DNA from: Deinococcaceae bacterium
Lineage (GTDB): Bacteria; Deinococcota; Deinococci; Deinococcales; Trueperaceae
Reading direction: 5' to 3'
NCBI GenBank assembly: GCA_040256005.1
Contig: JBDZWC010000016.1
Span: forward strand, 1 to 33,718
Length of the DNA: 33,718 nt
In this document: positions 9,044 to 17,174 of the stretch, piece by piece
Numbering within the stretch: the first letter of the stretch is position 1
Layout of the letters: each line of letters begins with the position of its first letter
The notes under the pieces: generated by a model
Database searches by the model: none
The model's input: only the letters and a program-made list of their open reading frames with translations
Told to the model about the DNA's origin: nothing
Translations under genes and position numbers: made by a program

Positions 9044-9098
9044 GGGAAGCAACCCCGGTGCCTCGTTCGTCCTCCGCCACGCCAAGGGCATGTGTACG

Positions 9099-9674
9099 TC
9101 ACCCCCGCAGGAACCCAGCCGGGCTCTCCCCGATCTCCGGCAGGTCCTCGAGGGACGACAGGCCGAAGTCCAGCAGGAACCTGTCAGTGGTGCCGTAGAG
9201 CAGCGGCTTGCCGACCACGTCCTTGTGGCCCACCACCTTGATGAGCTCGCGCTCCTGCAGGGTCTCCAACGTCGACGTGCAGGAGGCCCCCCGGGCGGCC
9301 TCCAGCTCGCCGCGCGTGATGGGCTGGTGGTAGGCGACTAGCGCCAGGGTCTCGAGAGCAGCCGAGCTGAGCGACGGTAACGGCGCCGGCGAGAGCAGCG
9401 TGGCCAAGGCGGGCACCAGCCTGGGCGAGACCACCAGCCGGTAGCCCCCCGCGACCTTCTCGACCTCGATGCCCAGACCCTGCTCCTGCAGCACCTGGTG
9501 GAGAGCGCGGACCTCCCGGTCCACGGCCTCCTCGCTCACGCCCAGCAGGCCCCTGAGCTGCTTGGCGGTGAGCGGCTTGTCCGCCGCTAGCAAAGCGGCG
9601 CACAGCAGACCCCTGACGTCGCGACGCGTAGCGTCCTGCTCGGGTCTCGAGGCTTCCAACGTCCCGACCGACAC
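9099..9674 (-). CDS. scpB: SMC-ScpAB complex subunit ScpB
   Basis: VAGGYRL, LSSAALETLALVAYHQPITRGELEAARG and LYGTTDRFLLDFGLSSLEDLP are ScpB signatures. Start uncertain; GTG 9674 chosen from the promoter position. Confidence 0.93.
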   Translation of the reverse strand: MSVGTLEASRPEQDATRRDVRGLLCAALLAADKPLTAKQLRGLLGVSEEAVDREVRALHQVLQEQGLGIEVEKVAGGYRLVVSPRLVPALATLLSPAPLPSLSSAALETLALVAYHQPITRGELEAARGASCTSTLETLQERELIKVVGHKDVVGKPLLYGTTDRFLLDFGLSSLEDLPEIGESPAGFLRG

Positions 9675-9679
9675 GCAAC

Positions 9680-9708
9680 ATGCTCCCAAGCCGCAGTGGC
9701 GCTGTCAA
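9680..9708 (-). promoter_or_regulatory. Sigma70-type promoter for scpB
   Basis: Minus strand TTGACA (9708-9703), 17-nt spacer, TG-G-GAGCAT (-10 at 9685-9680). Confidence 0.6.
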
Positions 9709-9717
9709 GGCGGCGCC

Positions 9718-9757
9718 GCGCTGGGGTCGTTGGCCAGTAGCGCTGGGGCCGTTGGTC
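9718..9757 (+). repeat. Two 18-bp direct repeats with 22-bp period
   Basis: GCGCTGGGGTCGTTGGCC (9718-9735) and GCGCTGGGGCCGTTGGTC (9740-9757), 16/18 identical. Confidence 0.75.
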
Positions 9758-9780
9758 GTTGGAGCCCCGGGCAGCGCGCT

Positions 9781-10224
9781 TCACTCGCTCCACTCCAGTA
9801 CCTCGAGTTCCGGCTGCATCACGAACACCGCGTACGCCCTGGTGGTGGCCCTTCCCTCTTCGGCGGTCACGTCCACACGGAAGGCCTGCGGTTCCGAGCC
9901 TGGCACCTCGGTGAGCCTGGCCGTGACGCCTTGCCCGAGGCCGGACCACGGTCCCAGCGCACGGGGCACGGTGCCCGGACCGGCCGACGCGCGCACCTCG
10001 TCCAGCGCCAGCACGAGGCCGGCGTGTGCGGCGGACCTGGCCACAGCCGCCTGAGCCGAGCTGCGCGCTGCCAGGGTGGTGAGGCCGGTCTCGAGGAACA
10101 TGCCGGCGGCCAGTGCGCCCAGGGCTACCAGCAACAGGAGCACCGCGACGATGACGAAGCCTTCCTCAGGGCGGCGCCGTCGTTGCGCCGATCGCGCCAC
10201 GAACGGTTCGACGGGGGGCATCAA
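9781..10224 (-). CDS. PilX/GspK-like minor pilin
   Basis: Basic leader, then G|FVIVAVLLLLVAL with no Glu5, typical of the PilX/K class, and ARSAAHAGL helix. Last gene of the four-gene cassette. Confidence 0.75.
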   Translation of the reverse strand: MMPPVEPFVARSAQRRRRPEEGFVIVAVLLLLVALGALAAGMFLETGLTTLAARSSAQAAVARSAAHAGLVLALDEVRASAGPGTVPRALGPWSGLGQGVTARLTEVPGSEPQAFRVDVTAEEGRATTRAYAVFVMQPELEVLEWSE

Positions 10225-10841
10225 CGCACCTCGACGTTGGGCGCCGCAGGCGTTCGGATCACGGCGAGGCGCTCGGTACCCCTCTCCTCCTGCAACCGGA
10301 GGATCAGGCCGCGGACGCCGCGGTAGGTGCCCGGCGGCGGGTCCGACACAAGCTCCCCTGCGCCGGTGACGAGGGCCTCGAGCGCGAGATGCGAGATGCC
10401 TTCCACGAGCGGCTGGCGCGAGGTGCTGCCGCTACGGCGGTACAGCTGGGGGCGACCCGTAGAGTCTTCAGCGGCCTCGAACGTGAAGAGCCTGTCGAGC
10501 GCCGGGCCCTCCACGCGATCGTCGATGAACCCGACCGTAAGCGCCTGGCCCCCTGACCCAGGAGCGACCACGATGGCAGGCTCGGTAGGTCCGGGCAGCA
10601 GCTGCCACGGTTCGAACCCCGACAGGCCAACCTCCTCCGACAGGATCTCCGCGGCCAGGTCGAGTACGCGTGAGGGCTCGGTAGCCGACGCCTGCGCCGC
10701 CGTGGCGGCTCGGGCCGAGCTCAGGAGGCTGACCGTGATGCCTAGGACTATCGAGCCGATGGCTAGCGCGACCAGGACCTCGACCAGCGTGAGTCCGTTC
10801 GCGGACCGAGGTGCCGAGCCGGCCGCCGGCCGCGATCTCAC
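10221..10841 (-). CDS. Minor type IV pilin (PilW/GspJ-like)
   Basis: Class III signal G|LTLVEVLVALAIGSIVLG and C-terminal LYRR...RQPLVEGI motif; 4-nt overlaps with both neighbours. Confidence 0.82.
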   Translation of the reverse strand: MRSRPAAGSAPRSANGLTLVEVLVALAIGSIVLGITVSLLSSARAATAAQASATEPSRVLDLAAEILSEEVGLSGFEPWQLLPGPTEPAIVVAPGSGGQALTVGFIDDRVEGPALDRLFTFEAAEDSTGRPQLYRRSGSTSRQPLVEGISHLALEALVTGAGELVSDPPPGTYRGVRGLILRLQEERGTERLAVIRTPAAPNVEVR

Positions 10842-11218
10842 GGCGGAGCCTCGTTTGCAGCGCCCAAGCCCGCGCCCGCGGCGACGACGGAGAGCGACCC
10901 GCCTTCGGCCGTTGTCACGGTTATTTCCTGCAGCAGGCTGGAGCAGGCGTCATCAGCACACGCGCCTCTTAACTGACAGTTGGACACACCGGGCCACCGA
11001 GTGGCCACCAGGCAGGCCGGACCTGGGGAGGCGACGATGGACCGCAGGGTGGCCTCCGCCTCGGCGGCGGCCGCCAGCTCACGCGTGGCGGCGGCTGACC
11101 GCGTAGCCCTGAGGCTAGCTGCGTGCAGGGTGACCAGAGAGCCCAGTACCAGCGCGAGGATGCCGACAGCGACTAGGACCTCGACCAGGACGGTCCCTCG
11201 GGCCGTTCCCCGGCTCAC
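10838..11218 (-). CDS. Minor type IV pilin (PilV/GspI-like)
   Basis: G|TVLVEVLVAVGILALVL; small globular domain with four Cys; overlaps both neighbours. Confidence 0.78.
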   Translation of the reverse strand: MSRGTARGTVLVEVLVAVGILALVLGSLVTLHAASLRATRSAAATRELAAAAEAEATLRSIVASPGPACLVATRWPGVSNCQLRGACADDACSSLLQEITVTTAEGGSLSVVAAGAGLGAANEAPP

Positions 11219-11745
11219 GGCCTGGGCTCCAAGCGGACCCTGCCCAGGCTGGACACGACCACGGCGGCCGCGCCGCGCGGACCGTGCAGCAGGACGGTGT
11301 CACTGATGACGCCGCCGCCCGCGCACGACCTGCCGCTGCCGCTGGGCAGCCAGTAGATGCCGCCCGCACGGAGCCCGTCCTCGAGCCGCACGCCGGGGAA
11401 GTCGGACAGCCGCAGTGTGGCCAGCGCCGAGCCGTCCGTGCACGAAGCGGTGGGACCGAGCTCGCGCGCCACGAAGGCTGATCCGCCGGCGTCCTCGACG
11501 ACCGCGACGCTCGCACCCGACCAGATGGCCACGGCCCGCGCTTGCAACAGGAGCGAGCGCACCGCGCTGGCCGCACGCATCTCGAGGGAGGGTCTCAGCG
11601 TCACGTAACCGATGGCCAGCACGATCCCAAGTGCCGCGAGCGCCACGAGCGTCTCGATCAGGGTGAAAGCGGACGGCCCCGGAGACCGCAGTGGGCCGCG
11701 CACTGCCGAGCGCTGACTACTGGTGGACACCTCCAGAGAAGGCAT
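11215..11745 (-). CDS. Minor type IV pilin (FimT/FimU/GspH-like)
   Basis: A|FTLIETLVALAALGIVL, LLQARAVAI helix and C-terminal VVVSSLGRVR, typical of FimT/GspH; two Cys. Confidence 0.82.
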   Translation of the reverse strand: MPSLEVSTSSQRSAVRGPLRSPGPSAFTLIETLVALAALGIVLAIGYVTLRPSLEMRAASAVRSLLLQARAVAIWSGASVAVVEDAGGSAFVARELGPTASCTDGSALATLRLSDFPGVRLEDGLRAGGIYWLPSGSGRSCAGGGVISDTVLLHGPRGAAAVVVSSLGRVRLEPRP

Positions 11746-11792
11746 GGCCCGAGTTTGAGCCAGCCGACCGCAGTGGGCTCGACCTGGTCGGG

Positions 11793-11823
11793 TAGGCGCC
11801 GACCCCTTCTAGGCAGCGACCCC
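11793..11823. repeat. Two 14-bp direct repeats (17-bp period) upstream of the pilin cassette; candidate regulator site
   Basis: TAGGCGCCGACCCC (11793-11806) and TAGGCAGCGACCCC (11810-11823). Confidence 0.6.
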
Positions 11824-11935
11824 GCACCGCCCGGCCGTCACCCAACGGCCCCGAGCGAGGCCAGGCGCCGTGATCTACAACCAGCCCATGAGGCTAGGAC
11901 CCGCCCGGTACCCGCGCCCGGGGCGCCACCGCCTT

Positions 11936-12532
11936 TCAGCGACCGCGCAGCAAGCCCAGTTCGGTGGCGCGCTTCACCGCGCTCAACCTGTCCCGCACGT
12001 CCAGCTTGTGGAACACGCGCTCCAGGTGGTCCTTCACGGTCTCGGGGCTCAGGTCCATCTCCTTGGCAATCGCCTTGTTGCTGTACCCCTTGCCAAGCAA
12101 CGTCAGCGCCTCCTCCTCGCGCGGCGTCAGCTCGGGAAGGGCCACCTGCGGCATCCAGTCCTTCTCCGGCTCCTCCAGGACGCGCTTGAGCATGCGCGCC
12201 AGCTCCTTGGGCGCCGTCTCCTTGGAGAGGAAAGCGCGCGCGCCCGCCTGGCGCGCCGCCCTCACGACCCCAGGCTCGTCGTGCGTCGTCAGCATCACCA
12301 CGACGGGCGGGTCCTGGCGCGTGGTCAGCTGGCGGCAGGCCTCGATGCCGTCGGTGCCCGGCATCCGTATGTCCATCAGGACGAGGTCTACGCGCTGGGC
12401 GGCCGCGACGGCCAGCGCATGCTCCCCGTCTCCCGCCTCAGCCACGACCTCGAACCCCTCGGCGGAGAGCGCCAGTGAGAGGCCCATCCGGAACAGTGGA
12501 TGGTCGTCGACGAGGAGGACCCGGACGCTCAC
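11936..12532 (-). CDS. NarL/LuxR-family response regulator
   Basis: REC domain (LVDDHPLFR, MDIRMP, MLTT, LSK) and LuxR HTH (LTPREEEAL...GYSNKAIA...TVKDHLERVFHKLDVRDR). Confidence 0.95.
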   Translation of the reverse strand: MSVRVLLVDDHPLFRMGLSLALSAEGFEVVAEAGDGEHALAVAAAQRVDLVLMDIRMPGTDGIEACRQLTTRQDPPVVVMLTTHDEPGVVRAARQAGARAFLSKETAPKELARMLKRVLEEPEKDWMPQVALPELTPREEEALTLLGKGYSNKAIAKEMDLSPETVKDHLERVFHKLDVRDRLSAVKRATELGLLRGR

Positions 12533-13599
12533 GACGGCCCCAGGTACGCCAGCAGCGCCGTGCCGCGCGGACCGGAGGACTCGGCCACCAGCCGGCCCCC
12601 GTGCGCCTCCAGCACACGCCGCGCGATGAACAGGCCCAGGCCGCCTGCGCCGGCGGCGTAGCGGCGGCCCGCGATGTCTACGCCCTGGTCGTTGAACGGC
12701 TGCGCGAGCTCGTCGAGCGGCGCTCCCAGGCCCGGACCGTCGTCGACGATGCGCACCAGGCCCGGCAGCACCTCCACCTGGATGGTGCGCTCGGCGTACC
12801 TCACCGCGTTGCTGAAGAGGTTGTAGAGGGCTCGCTCCAGCTCACGCCGGTCCACGTTCGCCGTCGCCTGGCCGGTCACCTCGACCGCTACGCCGCGTTC
12901 GTCCGCCAGGGTAGAGAGGCGGCCCACCAGCAGCTCGACCAGCGCTCTCAGGTCGACCGGCTCCCTCGCCAGCGGCACCTCCGGTCGCTCCAGCCGGTGA
13001 GCGTCAACCAGCTTCTGCACCAGCTCGATAAGCGACTGCAGCTCGAGGGTCGTCTTCTGCATGACCTCCACGCGCTGCTCGCGTCCGATGCCGTCGTCGT
13101 CGCGCACCACGCTGAGCAGGTTCGCCGCCGCCACGAGTGGCGTCTTGAGATCGTGCATCAACGCCGCCGTGAACGCGGTCCGCCTCCCCTGCTCGATCTC
13201 GATCTGCTCGAGGAGGTCGTTGAACGAGTTGGTCAGGGCGCGCACCTCGCTGGGCTCGTCGCTTCTCGCCTGCAGGCGCTCACCGGCCAGGTGGCCGGTA
13301 GAGGTCTTGAGCCTGCCCAGGTCGCGCGTGAGCCGCAGGAGCGGCCCCAGCAGCTGACCGGAGACCAGGTAGCCGGTCACAGCGGCCACCAGTACGAACC
13401 CGGCCAGCCACAACAGCACCGAGAGCAGGTCGCTCGGCGCCAGCCCGCCGGCGCGGTTGTACGCCGGCACCACCGTGACGACCACCATCACCAGGCTGGG
13501 CAGCAACGCCAGGGCGGCTATGACCAGGGTCAGCTGAAGGCGCAGGCTGAGCCCGCCGCGACGTCGCAACGGTCGGTTCACCCGCTGGGTCGCCACCAC
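12529..13599 (-). CDS. Sensor histidine kinase (2 TM, HAMP, HisKA, HATPase_c)
   Basis: Two TM helices about 13 aa apart, HAMP-like segment, H-box MHDLKTPL, N-box NLFSNAVRY, DDGPG and GLGL. Confidence 0.93.
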   Translation of the reverse strand: MVATQRVNRPLRRRGGLSLRLQLTLVIAALALLPSLVMVVVTVVPAYNRAGGLAPSDLLSVLLWLAGFVLVAAVTGYLVSGQLLGPLLRLTRDLGRLKTSTGHLAGERLQARSDEPSEVRALTNSFNDLLEQIEIEQGRRTAFTAALMHDLKTPLVAAANLLSVVRDDDGIGREQRVEVMQKTTLELQSLIELVQKLVDAHRLERPEVPLAREPVDLRALVELLVGRLSTLADERGVAVEVTGQATANVDRRELERALYNLFSNAVRYAERTIQVEVLPGLVRIVDDGPGLGAPLDELAQPFNDQGVDIAGRRYAAGAGGLGLFIARRVLEAHGGRLVAESSGPRGTALLAYLGPS

Positions 13600-13603
13600 G
13601 GCT

Positions 13604-15397
13604 TCAGTCCTCCGAGCCGAGCACCGCCAGGAAAGCCTCCTGCGGCACCTCCACGGTGCCGAGCTGCTTCATGCGGGCCTTGCCCTTCTTCTGCTTCTCC
13701 AGAAGCTTCTTCTTCCGCGTGATGTCACCACCGTAGCACTTGGCCAGCACGTCCTTGCGGAAGGCTTTCACTGTGGCCCGTGCGACGATCTTGCCGCCGA
13801 TCGCGGCCTGGACGGGGATCGCGAACATCTGCCTGGGGATCACCGCGGACATGCGGTCCACGATCCGCCGACCCACCTCGTAGGCCTTGTCGCGGTGGAC
13901 GATGACCGAAAGGGCGTCCACCCTCTCCTCGTTCACGAGCACGTCGAGCTTCACGAGGTCTCCAGGCCGGTAGTCCGAGAACCTGTAGTCCATCGAGGCG
14001 TAGCCCCGCGACAGCGACTTGAGTCGGTCGTGGAAATCGTAGAGGATCTCGCCGAAGGGCACCTCGTAGCGCAGTTCTACCCTGCGCCCGTGGTACACCA
14101 TGTCCTTCATCTCGCCGCGCTTCTCCTGCAGCAGGCCCATGGCGGCGCCCACGTACTCCTCGGGCAGGAAGACGGAGAGGGCCACCCAGGGCTCCGCGAT
14201 CTCGACGATCCGGTCCGGACCGGGCAGCTCGGACGGGTTCTGGACCTCGACCAGCTTGCCGTCGGTCGTCGACACGCGGTACACCACGCCCGGCGCCGTC
14301 GCGATGAGCGCCAGGTCGAACTCGCGTTCCAGACGCGCCTGGACGATGTCAGCGTGTAGCAGCCCCAGGAAGCCGCAGCGGAACCCGAAGCCCAGGGCCT
14401 CGGACGTCTCGGGCTCGAACGTGAAGGCGGCGTCGTTGAGCCTCAGCTTCTCGAGCGCCTCCCGCAGCTTCGGGTAGTCCTCGGTGTCGGTCGGATAGAG
14501 GCCGCTGAAAACGACCGGCATGGCCGGCTTGAAGCCCGGGATGGGGTCGTCCGTTGGTCGCTCCACCCCGGTGACCGTGTCGCCTATCTGCGTGTCGGCG
14601 ATGTCCTTGATGCCGGCGGTGAACCACCCCACGTGGCCCACGCCGAGGTTCTCCGCCACCAGCGGTTGGGGGGTGAACACGCCCACGTTGTCCACCTCGA
14701 AGGTCTTGCCCGTGGACATGACCTTGACCCTGTCGCCCTTCTTGATGGTGCCGTCGAAGACTCGGATGAAGGCGATCACACCCTGGTAGGCGTCGTAGAC
14801 GGCGTCGAAGATGAGGGCGCGCAAGGGGCCGCCGGCGTCTCCTCTGGGCGGCGGCAGCTGCGTGACGATGGCCTCGAGGACCGCCTCGATGTTCTGGCCG
14901 GTCTTGGCGGACACCGGCACGGCTTGGTCGGCGGGGATGCCGACGACCTCCTCGAGCTCCGCCTTGGCGTTCTCGACGTCGGCCGCCGGGAGGTCGATCT
15001 TGTTGATGATCGGCAGCACGTCGAGCCCGTTGTCTATGGCCAGGTAGGCGTTCTGGATCGTCTGCGCCTCCACGCCCTGGGCCGCGTCCACCACCAGGAG
15101 TACTCCCTCGCAGGCCCGCAGCGCCCGCGAGACCTCGTAGTTGAAATCCACATGACCTGGCGTGTCGATGAGGTTGAAGAGGTAAGTGTGACCGTCAGCG
15201 GCCGTGTAGAACAGCCGCATGGGCGTGGCCTTGATCGTGATGCCACGCTCTCGCTCCAGCTCCAGAGTGTCTAGCATCTGATCGCGGCGCTCGCGGGGTG
15301 AGACGCTCTGGGTCAGCTCGAGGATCCGGTCAGCCAGCGTCGACTTGCCGTGGTCGACGTGAGCGATGATCGAGAAGTTCCGGATCTGGTGTTCCAT
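13604..15397 (-). CDS. lepA: Elongation factor 4 (LepA)
   Basis: [28 protein letters not shown] and [18 protein letters not shown]. Start at ATG 15397; TACACT -10 at 15417-15412. Confidence 0.98.
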   Translation of the reverse strand: MEHQIRNFSIIAHVDHGKSTLADRILELTQSVSPRERRDQMLDTLELERERGITIKATPMRLFYTAADGHTYLFNLIDTPGHVDFNYEVSRALRACEGVLLVVDAAQGVEAQTIQNAYLAIDNGLDVLPIINKIDLPAADVENAKAELEEVVGIPADQAVPVSAKTGQNIEAVLEAIVTQLPPPRGDAGGPLRALIFDAVYDAYQGVIAFIRVFDGTIKKGDRVKVMSTGKTFEVDNVGVFTPQPLVAENLGVGHVGWFTAGIKDIADTQIGDTVTGVERPTDDPIPGFKPAMPVVFSGLYPTDTEDYPKLREALEKLRLNDAAFTFEPETSEALGFGFRCGFLGLLHADIVQARLEREFDLALIATAPGVVYRVSTTDGKLVEVQNPSELPGPDRIVEIAEPWVALSVFLPEEYVGAAMGLLQEKRGEMKDMVYHGRRVELRYEVPFGEILYDFHDRLKSLSRGYASMDYRFSDYRPGDLVKLDVLVNEERVDALSVIVHRDKAYEVGRRIVDRMSAVIPRQMFAIPVQAAIGGKIVARATVKAFRKDVLAKCYGGDITRKKKLLEKQKKGKARMKQLGTVEVPQEAFLAVLGSED

Positions 15398-15464
15398 GAC
15401 GCTAGTGGCACAGTGTAGCCCGGCCACGTGAGCCGGAAGATGCCGTGCCGATGGGCCGTGCGCG

Positions 15465-17174
15465 CTACCTGTGGGCGGCGAAGAAGCGCTTCAGCAGCGC
15501 CGCGCTCTCCTTCGCCAGCAGGCCGCCCTCTACCTGCGGCAGCCGCTTGAAACGCCCCGCTCGTAGGTCGACGACGCTCCCCAGCGCGCCCTCCCGCAGG
15601 TTCTCCGCGCCATAAACGACCCGGGCGACCCGCGTCTGCAGAACGGCGCCGAAGCACATCGGGCACGGCTCCAGCGTCACGTAGAGCGTGGCGCCGGCCA
15701 GACGCCTGTCACCAGTCGCCCCGCCGGCAGCCCGCAGCGCGAGCACCTCGGCGTGCGCGCTAGGGTCGCCTTGGCGCTCCGTGGCGTTGTGGGCGGCGGC
15801 GAGGAGCGCGCCGCCGCGTACGACCACGGCGCCGACGGGGACCTCGCCCTGGGCAACCGCCAGCTCAGCCTGCTCCAGAGCCAGGCGCATCCAGTCGGCG
15901 TCGGTCTCGTCACCGGCTTCGAGCAGCCCCGGCGCCGCCGCCAGACCCTCGACCCAGAAGACATCGCTGCCGGCCGCGAGCACCCACAAGCGGTCGCGCT
16001 CCTCACGCGGCACCTTGTGGTCTATGAGCACGTCCGAGACGAGCCGGCTGCCACCCCGCAGCCGGATGCGGTCTCCGTGACGCCGGTACCGCGCCACGAG
16101 GTCTCCGTGCTCTGCCGCCAGTTCGGCCACGGCTGCCTGGCCAGGCAGCGGCGCTGCCGACCCTCGGACGACCGCCTTCAGGTCTGCCACGCTCTTCACA
16201 GGCACCGGCTCGCTGGCGACGACCCTGCCTTCCCCTGCCGACGCCACCACCTCAAGGCGGCCGTAGGCCAGGCGCAACACCTTGCCTCCGCCCACGTCCC
16301 GCCGCCACGGTGGCGCCCCCGCGGACGCGGTGGCCCGTGCCAGCGCCGCCCTGGCCTCCTCGATCACCTCGTAGCCTGGAGACACGTCGGCGTTCTCCAG
16401 CAGGCCGACCAACGCGGCCCTCTGCAGGGCCGGCCGCTCTCCGGCCAGGGCGCGGACGCTGAGGCTGCGGTAGCCGTAGCGCTGGCGTGCGATGGCCGCC
16501 AGGGCGTCGCGGGCGTCGGCCAGGCCAGCGGCGGTCCGGGCCATGTTGCTTGGTGCCTTGGGGTAGCGACCGGCGAGCAGCGCTAGCACACGGTGGCGTA
16601 ACCACGCCCGCTCCTGTCCGGTCACGTCGAGGTTCGTCTCGTCCTCACGCCACGGCTGATCGATCGCCGTCAGGTACTCCCGCAACTGTTCCCGGCCAAC
16701 GCGGAGGAGCGGCCTGACGACGATCCCGCGGCGTGCCGGCATGCCCGCCGGGAACGCCGCTCCGCGCACGGCCTGGCGCAGGAACGTCTCCGCCTGGTCG
16801 TCCCTCGTGTGGGCCACCACGATCCCATCGGCGGCCAGCTCACCGGCCGCGCGGTGGAGGAACGAGTACCGCACGCGCCTGGCGGCGTCCTCGAGGTTCC
16901 AGCCACGCTCCCGCGCCACCGCGGCGACGTCTACCTCGCTCGACGCCAGCCGCACGCCCAACGAATCGCAAAGGTCCGTCACGAACCGCGCGTCCTCGGC
17001 GGAGGTCGGCCGCAGGCGATGGTCCACGTGGCCGGCGACCACGTCACGCCCGGCGGCGAGCAGGAGGCGCAGCGCCGCGACGGAGTCGGCACCTCCCGAG
17101 ACGGCCACCAGCCAGCGCCGCCCCTCGGGCATGAGGTCGTCCAGGGCCTTCGTGACGAGCTCGACCAGCGACAC
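15465..17174 (-). CDS. tilS: Fusion of tRNA(Ile)-lysidine synthetase TilS and a TadA-like tRNA adenosine deaminase
   Basis: PP-loop [15 protein letters not shown] and TilS_C segment (GDRI...DHKVPREER), followed in frame by [11 protein letters not shown] and TLEPCPMC deaminase motifs. GTG 17174 lies 6 nt after TACAGT. Confidence 0.93.
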   Translation of the reverse strand: MSLVELVTKALDDLMPEGRRWLVAVSGGADSVAALRLLLAAGRDVVAGHVDHRLRPTSAEDARFVTDLCDSLGVRLASSEVDVAAVARERGWNLEDAARRVRYSFLHRAAGELAADGIVVAHTRDDQAETFLRQAVRGAAFPAGMPARRGIVVRPLLRVGREQLREYLTAIDQPWREDETNLDVTGQERAWLRHRVLALLAGRYPKAPSNMARTAAGLADARDALAAIARQRYGYRSLSVRALAGERPALQRAALVGLLENADVSPGYEVIEEARAALARATASAGAPPWRRDVGGGKVLRLAYGRLEVVASAGEGRVVASEPVPVKSVADLKAVVRGSAAPLPGQAAVAELAAEHGDLVARYRRHGDRIRLRGGSRLVSDVLIDHKVPREERDRLWVLAAGSDVFWVEGLAAAPGLLEAGDETDADWMRLALEQAELAVAQGEVPVGAVVVRGGALLAAAHNATERQGDPSAHAEVLALRAAGGATGDRRLAGATLYVTLEPCPMCFGAVLQTRVARVVYGAENLREGALGSVVDLRAGRFKRLPQVEGGLLAKESAALLKRFFAAHR

